Part shown: positions 35,729-45,412 of the stretch, piece after piece
How the letters are laid out: each line of letters begins with the position of its first letter
How positions within the stretch are numbered: the stretch's first letter is position 1
Notes under the pieces: model-generated
What the model saw: only the letters and a program-made list of their open reading frames with translations
What the model was told of the DNA's origin: nothing
Databases searched by the model: none
NCBI GenBank assembly: GCA_004557405.1
Contig: SFDZ01000009.1
Location: forward strand, 15,014 to 79,013
Length of the DNA stretch: 64,000 nucleotides
Direction of reading: 5' to 3'
From: Bacteroidales bacterium
GTDB taxonomy: Bacteria > Bacteroidota > Bacteroidia > Bacteroidales > Paludibacteraceae
Made by a program: the position numbers and the translations under genes

Positions 35729-36307
35729 ATGAAACGAAATGTTTTTTATCTGCTGCTTTTGGTAGTGGCAATGAGTTTGCAAAGTTGCAATTACAATGCG
35801 TTGGTCGAACAAGAAGAAAATGTGGACAAGGCTTGGGCGGAAGTTGATAATCAGTATCAACGGCGTATGGATTTGATTCCGAACTTGGTGGCGACTGTTC
35901 AGGGGTATGTCAAGCACGAAGAGGCTACGCTGACATCGGTTGTCGAGGCGCGCTCCAAGGCTTCGAACATTACGCTGAATGCCAACGATTTGAGCGACGA
36001 GGCATTGGCCAATTTCCAAGCAGCGCAAGACGAACTGAGCCGTGGCTTGGGACGTTTGATGGCGGTGGCCGAGTCGTATCCGGATTTGAAAGCCAACGAG
36101 AATTTCATGGCTTTGCAGGATCAAATAGAAGGTACTGAAAACCGCATTGCAGTGGCGCGGCGCAACTTCAACGAGGCGGCGCAAGAGTACAATGCCAATA
36201 TACGCAAATTTCCGACCGTGATTTATGCGGGCTGGTTCGGCTTCGAAAAGAAACCCTATTTCAAAGCACAAGCCGGCGCTGAAACGGCACCGCGCGTGCA
36301 ATTCTGA
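35729..36307 (+). CDS. lemA: LemA-family protein
   Basis: 192 aa. VDKAWAEVDNQYQRRMDLIPNLVATVQGYVKHEEATL ... YPDLKANENFMALQ ... IAVARRNFNEAAQEYN. A TACTTTTG -7 box lies at 35664-35671. Confidence 0.9.
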   Translation: MKRNVFYLLLLVVAMSLQSCNYNALVEQEENVDKAWAEVDNQYQRRMDLIPNLVATVQGYVKHEEATLTSVVEARSKASNITLNANDLSDEALANFQAAQDELSRGLGRLMAVAESYPDLKANENFMALQDQIEGTENRIAVARRNFNEAAQEYNANIRKFPTVIYAGWFGFEKKPYFKAQAGAETAPRVQF

Positions 36308-36329
36308 ATAGCGTAAAATACCGGACGCT

Positions 36330-37232
36330 ATGAAAAAAATAGTCAGTTTGACAATGGCGCTGTTGGGCGCTGTTGTCGTTGCGTATGCGGCTTTGCCCGA
36401 TAAAACCAACCAATTCGTGAACGATTTTGCGGGCGTGTTCGATAGCCGGCAAGCCATGGAGTTGGAGGAGTATCTGGCGACATTCTCCGACACGACAACC
36501 AATCAGGTGGTGGTGGTAACCATCGTCGATTTGGGAGACTACGAACCGGCCGACTATGCGCAACGCCTCGGACAGAAATGGGGTGTCGGCTCGGATAAAG
36601 ATAATGGTGTCATCATTCTGGTGAAACCGCGCAACGAATTTGGCGGAGGCGCTGTCGAAATCAGCACAGGCTACGGGGCCGAAGGCGTTCTGACGGATGC
36701 GCGTTGCGGGCAGATTATCGACAAAGAGATGATGCCGTATTTGCAGCAGGGCGACTATTTCGAGGCGTGCAATGCCGGCGCGCGCGCATGTTGCCGGTTG
36801 TTGTTGGGCGAATACCATGATAATTGGGATAATGATCAGGCCGATGACGATGATCTGTTGTGGATGCTTCTGTGTGTGGCGCTCGTCGTTGCCTGCGTGG
36901 GGTTCTTTGTGTTGAAACCTTCGAAAAAGACGGTCGCCTTGCGCGCTGTGGCAAATGCCGACACGGTGGCCAAACGCGATGCGGCTGTGGCTCGTGCCAA
37001 AGAATTGAAAATCAGCGACGAAAAGATTACTGCGGCGTTGAAAGATGTTCCGAAAAATATGGAACGTCGCCTTTATAATGCATCGACACCGGATGATTTT
37101 GAGAAACTTGCGGCAGCGGCTTTGGCGTTAGGATTGTCGCAGGCGGCGATCGATATGGTGCGTTGGCGTATGCCGGAATATACGTTCAAATTTGTCGGCG
37201 TGCCGGCGTCGTGCGTTGGCGTTTGGCAATAG
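36330..37232 (+). CDS. TPM-domain (YgcG-like) membrane protein, apparently lacking its usual Gly-rich tail in this frame
   Basis: 300 aa. NQFVNDFAGVFDSRQAMELEEYLATFSDTTTNQVVVVTIVDLGDYEPADYAQRLGQKWGVG is a TPM domain. TM helix LLWMLLCVALVVACVGFFVL. The ORF ends 41 nt inside the next ORF, which carries the expected tail in another frame. Confidence 0.75.
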   Translation: MKKIVSLTMALLGAVVVAYAALPDKTNQFVNDFAGVFDSRQAMELEEYLATFSDTTTNQVVVVTIVDLGDYEPADYAQRLGQKWGVGSDKDNGVIILVKPRNEFGGGAVEISTGYGAEGVLTDARCGQIIDKEMMPYLQQGDYFEACNAGARACCRLLLGEYHDNWDNDQADDDDLLWMLLCVALVVACVGFFVLKPSKKTVALRAVANADTVAKRDAAVARAKELKISDEKITAALKDVPKNMERRLYNASTPDDFEKLAAAALALGLSQAAIDMVRWRMPEYTFKFVGVPASCVGVWQ

Positions 37233-37440
37233 TCAAGAGAGTGTGGCGGCAGCAGCGGCTATAGCCTTGGCTGCGATTGTGGCCGCGGCGGCTCGTTCGG
37301 CGGCGCATCGTAGTGTGTCATCGGGCAGTTTTGGCGGCGGCCATAACGGATTTGGCGGCGGCCATAACGGATTTGGTGGCGGTCATCACGGGTTTGGCGG
37401 TGGCAGTTTTGGTGGCGGCGGTGCCGGTCGCAAATTTTGA
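37192..37440 (+). CDS. Hydrophobic segment + Gly-rich tail ORF; either the frameshifted 3' end of the TPM gene or a separate micro-protein
   Basis: The frame is open from 37132. The track start is TTG 37192; GTG 37249 is an alternative. It encodes AAAAAIALAAIVAAAA then GSFGGGHNGFGGGHNGFGGGHHGFGGGSFGGGGAG, the kind of C-terminus normally found on YgcG/TPM proteins. Confidence 0.45.
   Translation: MSACRRRALAFGNSQESVAAAAAIALAAIVAAAARSAAHRSVSSGSFGGGHNGFGGGHNGFGGGHHGFGGGSFGGGGAGRKF
37330..37413 (+). repeat. 21-bp coding tandem repeat (about 3.5 units, GGGHNGF)
   Basis: TTTGGCGGCGGCCATAACGGA at 37330-37350 and 37351-37371 (identical). TTTGGTGGCGGTCATCACGGG at 37372-37392. A degenerate fourth unit runs to about 37413. 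Confidence 0.9.
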
Positions 37441-37465
37441 GACGTCGTTCGTGCGCGCGACTGTC

Positions 37466-38863
37466 TCAGTCGAAAAATTGGTCGCTGAAATTGATAAAAA
37501 ACAGATTTTTCTCGGCGCGTGTGCAGGCGGTGTATAGCCAGCGCAGGTAGTCGGTATCGATTTGTTCGGGCGTGAGTCCGCCTTGGTCGATGAAGACTTC
37601 GCTCCATTGGCCGCCTTGGGCTTTGTGGCAAGTTACGGCATAGCCGAATTTTACTTGTAGTGCATTCAGGTATTCGTTTTGCATCATGGCTTTGTAGCGG
37701 GTGCGTCGATTGCCTATTTCGAGATAATCTTCTTCGACGGCTGCGAATAATTTTTTGGCGAGTTGTTCGGCGGCAGCCGGTGTTTCGGTGTAGAGCGAAT
37801 CGATTAGCAGGCGCGTGTCGATTTCGCAGTCGTAGTCCAAAAACCGAAGTGTAACATCGACAAAGCGCAGTCCGTACATGTCGTGATAGCGTTTGATGCG
37901 TACTAATTCGGCCACATCGCCGTTGGCTATAAATTCGAGGTCGGGATACTCTTTGCTCCAAAAGTAGTTGTTGCGTGTGATGAGCAGCAGGTCGCCGGCC
38001 GAGAGTTCGTCCTCTTTGCACATCACTTGGTTGCGTATGCCGCGGTTGTAGAGCACGGCGCGTTTGTTCGAGCGTGTTACTATGATGCAGTTTTCTACGC
38101 CCGATCGGCTGTATGCGCTTTGTATTTCGTCGATAAGTTCGGCGCCGGTGATGCGGTGCACATCCGGGAAGTTGTGGTTGAGTGTGAGTGCGCGGCCGGC
38201 TTGTGTCAGCACGTGTCGTATGGTGGTGGCGTTGTACAGAATGCCGCTGTCGGCCGATTGTCGCGCCACTTCGGTCAGTTCGGCGGTTGTAACATCGAGT
38301 CCGTAGCGTTCGAGGTTGTGCCGGTCGAGTGCGGGCGAGAATGGTTGCATGACGGGCGGTAGTTGTGCCGTGTCGCCGATGAGAATCAGTCGGCAGTTGT
38401 CGCCGGTATAGACAAATTCGATGAGGTCATCGAGCAGTCGGCCGGAGCCGAACGTGGTGCCTTCGGTTGGTGTGTTCGATACCATCGATGCTTCGTCGAC
38501 AAGGAACAGCGTGTCGCGTGCGTTGTTGTAGTTGAGCGTAAATTCGTTGGAGGCCGTTTTTTGTCGATAGATGCGTTTGTGAATCGAGTAGGCGGGCTGT
38601 TGTGCGTAGTTGCTAAATACTTTGGCGGCACGTCCGGTGGGTGCGAGCAGCACGGTTTTTTGGTTCAACGCATGCAGCGCGCCCACCAAAGCACTCACTA
38701 CCGATGTTTTGCCGGTGCCGGCGTAGCCTGTCAGCAAAAAGGCGTGTTGCGACCTATCGGACATGCAGAATTCGGCCAACGCATCGATGGCCGTCTGTTG
38801 TTCGGCAGTCGGCTCGAAAGGCAGTTGCGCGCTGATTTTGCGTGTCAGAAAATTTTGTATCAC
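37466..38863 (-). CDS. RecD/Pif1-like SF1 DNA helicase (AAA_30 + UvrD_C-type)
   Basis: 465 aa. LLTGYAGTGKTSV (Walker A), LFLVDEASMV (Walker B), YAVTCHKAQGGQWSEVFI (motif VI region). Confidence 0.8.
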   Translation of the reverse strand: MIQNFLTRKISAQLPFEPTAEQQTAIDALAEFCMSDRSQHAFLLTGYAGTGKTSVVSALVGALHALNQKTVLLAPTGRAAKVFSNYAQQPAYSIHKRIYRQKTASNEFTLNYNNARDTLFLVDEASMVSNTPTEGTTFGSGRLLDDLIEFVYTGDNCRLILIGDTAQLPPVMQPFSPALDRHNLERYGLDVTTAELTEVARQSADSGILYNATTIRHVLTQAGRALTLNHNFPDVHRITGAELIDEIQSAYSRSGVENCIIVTRSNKRAVLYNRGIRNQVMCKEDELSAGDLLLITRNNYFWSKEYPDLEFIANGDVAELVRIKRYHDMYGLRFVDVTLRFLDYDCEIDTRLLIDSLYTETPAAAEQLAKKLFAAVEEDYLEIGNRRTRYKAMMQNEYLNALQVKFGYAVTCHKAQGGQWSEVFIDQGGLTPEQIDTDYLRWLYTACTRAEKNLFFINFSDQFFD

Positions 38864-38881
38864 GATGCGTTAGTTGTCGGG

Positions 38882-39319
38882 TCAGCGAATCCAGGTTTGG
38901 CTGCGCCCGAGTATGCCGCGTTTGTCGATAGAACCACGCAAGGTCAGTTTGCCTGTGCTTGCATCGTAGGTGATGGCGGCGTAGTAGGTGTTGCCGCTGT
39001 CGGGGTCGAGCACGGTGCCGCCGACGAGTTTTCCGTCCTCGTATTTCATGTCGCGCACAATGATGAGGCCTTCGACGGGTTTGTCTTTGTCGGCACCTTT
39101 GCATTTGTCGCACAACACGTTTTTGCCGGCGTATTGCGGTTGCAACAATTTTTCGATTTTGCCGTAGTAGAGGCCGTTGGTGGCTTTGAAGATGCGTACG
39201 ATAGACTCTTTTTCGCCTGTTTTGTCGCTGACGGTTGTCCAATTACCCAAAAATTCTTTTTGGGCAAACAGTGTTGTGGTCAGACCTGCGATGGCGATTA
39301 AAAAAATGATACGTTTCAT
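38882..39319 (-). CDS. DUF2147-domain secreted protein
   Basis: ORF 38882..39511 trimmed to ATG 39319 (MKRIIFLIAIAGLTTTLFA). GNWTTVSDKTGEKESIVRIFKATNGLYYGKI...C.KC.G...DKP..GL.I......DG....GG.VLDP.SG.TY......D...GKLTLRGS is the DUF2147 pattern. Confidence 0.7.
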   Translation of the reverse strand: MKRIIFLIAIAGLTTTLFAQKEFLGNWTTVSDKTGEKESIVRIFKATNGLYYGKIEKLLQPQYAGKNVLCDKCKGADKDKPVEGLIIVRDMKYEDGKLVGGTVLDPDSGNTYYAAITYDASTGKLTLRGSIDKRGILGRSQTWIR

Positions 39320-39336
39320 AATAGATGTTGTTAAAA

Positions 39337-40512
39337 TTATTCGACATATAGCACCAATCCTTTGAGGTATTCGCCTTCGGGATGGTAGATGTTTACGGGA
39401 TGGTCGGGCGCTTGTGTCAGTTGGTGGAGGATGCGCACCTGTCGTCTGGCTTGTGCGGCGGCGCTGAATACGGCCAACCGGAATTGTTCTTTGTTGACGG
39501 CCTGCGAGCACGAGAATGTGAACAAGATGCCACCATGCCGTATTTGTTCGAAGGCTTTGGCATTCAGTTTCTGATAGCCGTGCAGGGCGTTTCGCAGCGC
39601 GCTTTGGTGTTTGGCAAAAGCGGGCGGGTCGAGTATTATCAGGTCGTATTTATCTTTGATGTCGTCCAAAAATTTGAAGGCATCGATGGCGAATGCACGG
39701 TGGCGTGTATCGTCGCCAAAATTCAGTGCTACATTGCGGTTGGTCAGTTCGATGGCTTTGGCGGAACTATCGACCGAATGCACGGTTTTTGCGCCGCCGC
39801 GCATGGCGTAGAACGAGAATCCGCCTGTGTAGCAAAACATATTCAGCACGTCGCGTCCGGCGGCATAGTGTTCGAGCAGAGCGCGGTTGTCGCGTTGGTC
39901 GATGAAGAAACCCGTTTTTTGTCCGCGCAACCAATCGACGTGAAATTTCAGGCCGTTTTCGGAGGCTGTGCAGTTGCCTGCTTCGCCTATCAGATAGCCA
40001 TCTTCGGGCGTAACGGGCGCTTTGTAGGGCAGTGTACCTTCCGATTTGTAATAGACGTTTTTGATGGCCTCGACCTCTTCGACCAGAATGTCGGCCACAA
40101 GTTGGCGTGCGTGGTGCATGCCCACCGAGTGTGCTTGTACGACGGCAGTGTCGGCATATACATCGACAACCAAGCCCGGCAGATTGTCGCCTTCGCCGTG
40201 TACGAGTCGATAGGTGTCGTTGCCGACGGCGTTTGTCAGCCCTAATGCTTGGCGCATGGCGTAGGCTTCGGCGATGCGTTGTCGGTAGAATTGTGTGTCG
40301 ATGTCGGTATCGACGAACGACAAGATGCGTACAGCGATGCTACCGATTTGATAGTGCCCGATGGCCAAAAAACGGCCGTTGCAATCGACTACGCGCACGA
40401 GGTCGCCTTCGGTGGCGTGTCCGTCGATTTTGGCGATGGCACCCGAGAAAATCCAAGGGTGAAAGCGTCGAACGCTCTCGTCTTTGCGGGGTTTCAGCGT
40501 GATGGTTGTCAT
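39337..40512 (-). CDS. rlmI: 23S rRNA (cytosine1962-C5)-methyltransferase RlmI-like (PUA + class I SAM MTase)
   Basis: 391 aa. RRFHPWIFSGAI (PUA N-terminus), TGFFIDQRDNR, NMFCYTGGFS, IILDPPAF. Confidence 0.85.
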   Translation of the reverse strand: MTTITLKPRKDESVRRFHPWIFSGAIAKIDGHATEGDLVRVVDCNGRFLAIGHYQIGSIAVRILSFVDTDIDTQFYRQRIAEAYAMRQALGLTNAVGNDTYRLVHGEGDNLPGLVVDVYADTAVVQAHSVGMHHARQLVADILVEEVEAIKNVYYKSEGTLPYKAPVTPEDGYLIGEAGNCTASENGLKFHVDWLRGQKTGFFIDQRDNRALLEHYAAGRDVLNMFCYTGGFSFYAMRGGAKTVHSVDSSAKAIELTNRNVALNFGDDTRHRAFAIDAFKFLDDIKDKYDLIILDPPAFAKHQSALRNALHGYQKLNAKAFEQIRHGGILFTFSCSQAVNKEQFRLAVFSAAAQARRQVRILHQLTQAPDHPVNIYHPEGEYLKGLVLYVE

Positions 40513-40531
40513 AATCGTTGGCTGTTGAGGG

Positions 40532-41107
40532 TCAGTGTTGTTTTTGCAGTTCGATGAATATGTCGCGGCAAGCCCATGCGTCGATGGCGGCGTATTTTTT
40601 TTGCTGCGGTGTGAGTATGGGGGCTTCCCAATTGGACAGACGTTGTGCTTTCGAGATTTTTTTGCCGAAGATGAGGGCGTACATTTTTTGCAGACTTTTT
40701 TCGGCGATGCCGAATTGTCCGGCCAATGTTTGCAGTTCGACGAAGTTGCTCGGTGTCAGCGGCATCCATGCGCGTAGAGCATGAAAATCGTCTTTGATGG
40801 ACAGCCCGATTTTCTGCACGTTGTCCGATTCCAATAGTTGTTTCAGCCCTTGGTGTTCGCCGATGAATTGCAGTCGGAACAGAAAACAGGTGTCGGCTGC
40901 GGCCAACTGCATGAGTGCAACGCTGTGGTGGGTGCGTGGCGAGAAACTCGGGCGTGTTTCGGTGTCGAATCCGATGATGCTTTCGTGCATAAGCGCAGCG
41001 ACGGCAGCATCGGCTTCTTTGCGCGATTTCACTACAACGATACGCCCGTGCGGCTGTACGATTGGCAGCGTGGCGATGTATTCTTTGTCGATGGTGGCTT
41101 GGTACAT
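40532..41107 (-). CDS. 3'-5' exonuclease (DnaQ/RNase D-like domain)
   Basis: ORF 40532..41158 trimmed to ATG 41107. IIGFDTETRP (ExoI DxE), KIGLSIKDDFHAL (ExoII), KYAAIDAWAC (ExoIII YxxxD). Confidence 0.8.
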   Translation of the reverse strand: MYQATIDKEYIATLPIVQPHGRIVVVKSRKEADAAVAALMHESIIGFDTETRPSFSPRTHHSVALMQLAAADTCFLFRLQFIGEHQGLKQLLESDNVQKIGLSIKDDFHALRAWMPLTPSNFVELQTLAGQFGIAEKSLQKMYALIFGKKISKAQRLSNWEAPILTPQQKKYAAIDAWACRDIFIELQKQH

Positions 41108-41111
41108 GGGT

Positions 41112-41624
41112 CTATTCGTCGTCGGTGGCAGGGCTGACCGAAACACGATGCAAAGCACGCAATGCGCCTAACAAACGCATGCCCCAGCGGTTCCGAAAAT
41201 CGTCGATGCAGACGGCCAAAGCCTCTTCCGATAAATCGTCGTTGCCGATTTGGCAGCATACGGCGAAATCTTTCAGTGCCTGATAGGTGTCGGCCAAGTC
41301 TTCCGAAATGGTGGCGTAGAGCGTAGTTTCGCTGAATGCCATATCGGGACTGAAAGAGTCGAGATAGTCGTCGTCGCTGCCTAACACATCGGCTATTTGT
41401 GCGCGGATTTGTTCGTAATCGGTTTCGGTAACGAATCGTTCGGGTTCGTTGTCAGGTAGTTCGTTCGGCTGTACAAGCGCCGTTTTCAGATAGAGTAGCG
41501 GCAACAGACGCGTTGTTTTGGTGATGAAGTCGCGTTTGTTTTCGGCACGGGCGTGCTCCAAAAATTTGCATGTTTCGACCGCCATGGTCAAAAATTCCAA
41601 TTTCTCTTTTGTGTAAAACGACAT
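41112..41624 (-). CDS. DUF5063-domain protein
   Basis: 170 aa. In Bacteroidota it is characteristically found immediately upstream of the 3'-5' exonuclease gene. FLTMAVETCKFLEHA....DFI.K..RLLPLLYLK. Confidence 0.6.
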   Translation of the reverse strand: MSFYTKEKLEFLTMAVETCKFLEHARAENKRDFITKTTRLLPLLYLKTALVQPNELPDNEPERFVTETDYEQIRAQIADVLGSDDDYLDSFSPDMAFSETTLYATISEDLADTYQALKDFAVCCQIGNDDLSEEALAVCIDDFRNRWGMRLLGALRALHRVSVSPATDDE

Positions 41625-41679
41625 AAGTCTGAATTTTGCTGCAAAGTTACAAAAATAGCCGCAAGTATCAAAATATACA

Positions 41680-43536
41680 TCATTTTTTATGTGTGTGTGC
41701 CGATGGGCGTGCGGACGGGTTCTTCAGTTTGTCGAACAATTTGTCGATGAGGTCGATGCGTCCGATCTTTTTGAGTGTGGCTTTGATTTGTGCGCGTGTT
41801 TCGGGCTTGTACCAGAAGAAAAATTGGCGTTGTGCGAGTTTGTCGTTGGGTGTGCGGGCCACAAAAATCGGCTTCAGTGTGTACGGATTCAGTCCGGTGT
41901 GGTACATTTCGGTGGCCAAAGTCATGGGCGTGGGCGTAAAGTCCTGTACTTGTTCCAACTGAAAATCGAGTTGTTTGGTTTCGATGGCTAATTCGGCCAT
42001 CTCCTGCAAGCCGCAGCCGGGGTGACTCGAGATGAAGTAGGGAATCAGTTGCTGATTGAGGCGCTCGTCGGTGTTGATGGTGTCAAACAAGCGCTTAAAC
42101 GTTTTGAACAATTCAAAACTTGGCTTGCGCATCACTTGCAGAACGGCATCGGACGTGTGTTCGGGTGCCACCTTCAGCCGTCCCGACACATGGCGGCTGA
42201 TCAACTCGTGGGCGTAGTCGCGGTTGTGTCGGTTGGTTGCCTCGTCGTCGGTGCGGTGCAGCAATAGGTCGTAGCGAACGCCGCTCCCGATGAAACTTTT
42301 TTTGATGCATGGCAGCGCATCGACGGCTTGGTACAAGGTCAAAAGTGGTGCGTGGTCGGTGTTCATGTTTTTGCATACCGACGGGAACGCACACGACGGC
42401 CGCCGGCATTTGGCGCACAGGTCGGCATTGCGGCCACGCATCATGTACATGTTGGCCGAAGGACCGCCCAAATCGCTCAAATAGCCTTTGAAATCGGGCA
42501 TTTTGGATATTTTTCGGACTTCTTGTATGATGGATTTTTGGCTGCGCGACACAATGAATTTACCTTGGTGCATCGATATGGTGCAGAAAGCGCAACCGCC
42601 CCAACAGCCACGATGTGTGTTCACCGAAAATTTTATCATGTCGAATGCCGGAATGGTTTTCCCTTTGTATTTCGGGTGCGGCATCCGTGTAAATGGCAGG
42701 TCGTACACGGCATCCAACTCGTCGCCGGTCATGGGCGCAAACGGCGGATTGATGACGACGAATTTGTCGCCGACAGGTTGTACCAAGTGTGTTTGGTTCA
42801 ATTTGTTCGACTCTTCTTCGATGGTGCGAAACGTTTCGGCCGACAGACGTTTGTTCTTGGCTACCGCGTCGTGCGAATGGAGCATTATTTGTTGTTCGAG
42901 GTGTGGCAGCGTGTCGGTGGTGTAACCTGTTTGTGGAATATGGTGGCAGGCTGCGACTGTTTTGCCGTTTAGGCAGACTTGTGCGATGGCGCGCATCGGT
43001 TTTTCGCCCATGCCGTACACGAGCAAATCGGCTTGGCTGTCGATCAGAATGCTGCGGTGCACGCTGTCCGTCCAATAGTCGTAGTGCGAAAATCGCCTCA
43101 GGCTGGCTTCGATGCCGCCAATCACAATCGGCACGTCGGGATACAGTGTTTTCAGGATGTTGGCGTAAACGATGGTGCAGTTGTCGGGACGCAGACCGGC
43201 GCGTCCGTCGGGCGAATAGGCGTCGTTCGAGCGCCGGCGTCGGTTGGCAGTGTAGTGGTTTACCATCGAATCCATGGCGCCGGCGGTGATGGCAAAGAAC
43301 AAACGAGGGCGTCCGAATTTTTTGAAGTCGCGCCAATCGCCGTGCCAATCGGGTTGCGGCACGATGGCCACGCGCAAACCTTCGGCTTCGAGCACACGCC
43401 CGATGACGGCTGCACCAAATGCAGGGTGGTCAATGTAGGCATCGCCCGAAAAGAGTACAACATCAACGGTGTCCCAACCGCGGAGTTCCATCTCCTTTTT
43501 GGTCGTCGGCAAAAAATCGGTCAAACGATACTCCAT
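41680..43536 (-). CDS. ygiQ: YgiQ-family radical SAM protein (UPF0313)
   Basis: ORF 41680..43545 (GTG); I prefer ATG 43536. FLPTTKKEMELRGWDTVDVVLFSGDAYIDHPAFGAAVIGRVLEAEGLRVAIVPQPDW parallels the E. coli YgiQ N-terminus. CWGGCAFC is the radical SAM cluster motif. Confidence 0.88.
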   Translation of the reverse strand: MEYRLTDFLPTTKKEMELRGWDTVDVVLFSGDAYIDHPAFGAAVIGRVLEAEGLRVAIVPQPDWHGDWRDFKKFGRPRLFFAITAGAMDSMVNHYTANRRRRSNDAYSPDGRAGLRPDNCTIVYANILKTLYPDVPIVIGGIEASLRRFSHYDYWTDSVHRSILIDSQADLLVYGMGEKPMRAIAQVCLNGKTVAACHHIPQTGYTTDTLPHLEQQIMLHSHDAVAKNKRLSAETFRTIEEESNKLNQTHLVQPVGDKFVVINPPFAPMTGDELDAVYDLPFTRMPHPKYKGKTIPAFDMIKFSVNTHRGCWGGCAFCTISMHQGKFIVSRSQKSIIQEVRKISKMPDFKGYLSDLGGPSANMYMMRGRNADLCAKCRRPSCAFPSVCKNMNTDHAPLLTLYQAVDALPCIKKSFIGSGVRYDLLLHRTDDEATNRHNRDYAHELISRHVSGRLKVAPEHTSDAVLQVMRKPSFELFKTFKRLFDTINTDERLNQQLIPYFISSHPGCGLQEMAELAIETKQLDFQLEQVQDFTPTPMTLATEMYHTGLNPYTLKPIFVARTPNDKLAQRQFFFWYKPETRAQIKATLKKIGRIDLIDKLFDKLKNPSARPSAHTHKK

Positions 43537-43554
43537 ACGCAACACGCCATGTGG

Positions 43555-45318
43555 TTAGAATCCGAAACTGAACCCTACTGTAAATGTCCAATTTTTGCCC
43601 TGATACAATTTGGGCGTGTATTTGTCGAGATAGCCTTGCGCATCGAGTCGGTCCTCGCTGGCTATGGCTTCGGACGTCGGGGTGTAGCCGCGTGCGTTGT
43701 TCCACTCCACGTTGACGACGGCGTAGGCGTTGTTCACCACTTCGTACACGGCCTTGAACGCCACAAGGTCGTTTTGCCACACTTTTTCGTTGAATGGTTT
43801 TTGGCGCAACGCCTCTTCCACCAATCGGCGAATGTATTGGTAGTCGTTGTATTTGGTGGCGTTGGTGTACGATAGGTGCAAACTGAGGCTGCGCACGGGT
43901 TTGTAGTTCATCGCCACATAGATGTCCTGCGAATTGTCGCCCAAGTAACTGCCCAAACAGTAACTATTTGACGACCAAGTCAATGCGGAAATGGAATGCT
44001 TGTAGTTGATGATGTTTGTGCGTGTAAATTCGCCTTGCACCGACAGATTTTTAACCGGCCAATTGCTCACGTTGAAACCCACTTTGTACGACCACGGATT
44101 GCGTTCCTCGTTGCCTTTTTTCAGACGTTGGGAATTAAATTCGTCGAGAAAAACCGATCCGTACAGATGCAGATGTTTGATGTTGCGCGAACTGATGTTG
44201 AAAAAAATCATCGAATTTTGGTTTTCGGTGTTGTGCAAACCTTTGGTCAGCAAGTGGTCTATCGATTTGTAGTAGGCTATCGGGATGAAATAGGCGGCCT
44301 GTACATTGTTTTCGGCATACACAATGGCGTTGCCAAGCGATAGGTTCAATCCTTGTATCGGTGTGAATGTCAGCATGTTGGCAGCAATGAATTTGTTTTG
44401 CGGACGATATTTTTTTGCTGTTACGCCGTCGTTGTAGTTTTCTACATAATATTTTGTGCTGTCGATGACATTGCTGACGAGCCAACCATGTATGTAGTTG
44501 AGTTCGAACCACTTGCATGGGCGCAAGTTCAGCGTCAGCATCGGGAAACTTGGCGCGCGTCCCGAAATGATGTTCGAGCCGTTGTAGGCGTCGCCCCATT
44601 GTATCACGTCTTTCACCAACCCGATGCTTCCCCACCAAGCGTAAGCGCGTATGCCGCCGCGCAAGTCGCTGTAGTCGCCACCGTAAGTGGCTTCCTTGTA
44701 TTCGCATCCGTCCACCTGATTGAGAAACGATGGTTGTGCCAAGCGCGCGCCATACATTTTATCGACCTGCATCGGGAAATAGTCGTTGCTGAGGTAGTTG
44801 CCGTTGTACGATTGGTCGCGAAAACTTGCCCACACCGACACGTGATTGACGATGTCCATTTGGATGTCGGCGCCGAACCAACGTTTCATCAGCAGCCCTT
44901 TTTTGCCGCCAATCAAATCCATACCGAGAATGGGTGTAACGCGCGCCTTGAAGTGCTTGTTGTTGTAGTGGAACGATGGTTGCAACAGCGACAGAGCAAA
45001 CGTTTTCTTGTCGGTCCAGCTGACGATGTTCTTCGGCACGGTGTCGCATTCGAGTGCGTAGTCGTTCAGATAGAAAAGCACTTCGTCCCGTTGGCGTTTG
45101 GTCAGCAGCGAATCTTTGGCTTGTGCTTCCCGCAATTTTTCGGCAATGTAATCGCGGCTGTAGGGCTTCACCACCGAGTTGATGCTGATGATGCGGTCGA
45201 TGGCCAATTCGTCGATGAAATCGTAGATTTGCGTGTACGACAGATTTTCGGGAATGTCCTGCGAAAAACTTGCCAACGACACGAACAATGCGCTTATTAC
45301 TAATAGGTGTTTTCTCAT
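43555..45318 (-). CDS. Outer-membrane beta-barrel protein, probably capsule assembly Wzi family
   Basis: ORF 43555..45456 trimmed to ATG 45318 (MRKHLLVISALFVSLASFSQ). N-terminal helical block YDFIDELAIDRII...KPYSRDYIAEKL, then beta-barrel-like alternating sequence ending in GFSFGF. Confidence 0.5.
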   Translation of the reverse strand: MRKHLLVISALFVSLASFSQDIPENLSYTQIYDFIDELAIDRIISINSVVKPYSRDYIAEKLREAQAKDSLLTKRQRDEVLFYLNDYALECDTVPKNIVSWTDKKTFALSLLQPSFHYNNKHFKARVTPILGMDLIGGKKGLLMKRWFGADIQMDIVNHVSVWASFRDQSYNGNYLSNDYFPMQVDKMYGARLAQPSFLNQVDGCEYKEATYGGDYSDLRGGIRAYAWWGSIGLVKDVIQWGDAYNGSNIISGRAPSFPMLTLNLRPCKWFELNYIHGWLVSNVIDSTKYYVENYNDGVTAKKYRPQNKFIAANMLTFTPIQGLNLSLGNAIVYAENNVQAAYFIPIAYYKSIDHLLTKGLHNTENQNSMIFFNISSRNIKHLHLYGSVFLDEFNSQRLKKGNEERNPWSYKVGFNVSNWPVKNLSVQGEFTRTNIINYKHSISALTWSSNSYCLGSYLGDNSQDIYVAMNYKPVRSLSLHLSYTNATKYNDYQYIRRLVEEALRQKPFNEKVWQNDLVAFKAVYEVVNNAYAVVNVEWNNARGYTPTSEAIASEDRLDAQGYLDKYTPKLYQGKNWTFTVGFSFGF

Positions 45319-45412
45319 AAAATCAAGTCTGTTTGTAGGCTTCTGGTGGACGCTGTATGCCTGCGACAATTTGTGCGAACGCACAACGCTCGTTTGCCCG
45401 CATCGACCATCG

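Noticed and set aside
37330-37413. Tandem 21-bp repeats considered as a CRISPR-like or minisatellite array.
   Set aside because: The units are contiguous without spacers, in frame, and encode a Gly-rich peptide repeat. No CRISPR repeat-spacer architecture exists anywhere in the window.
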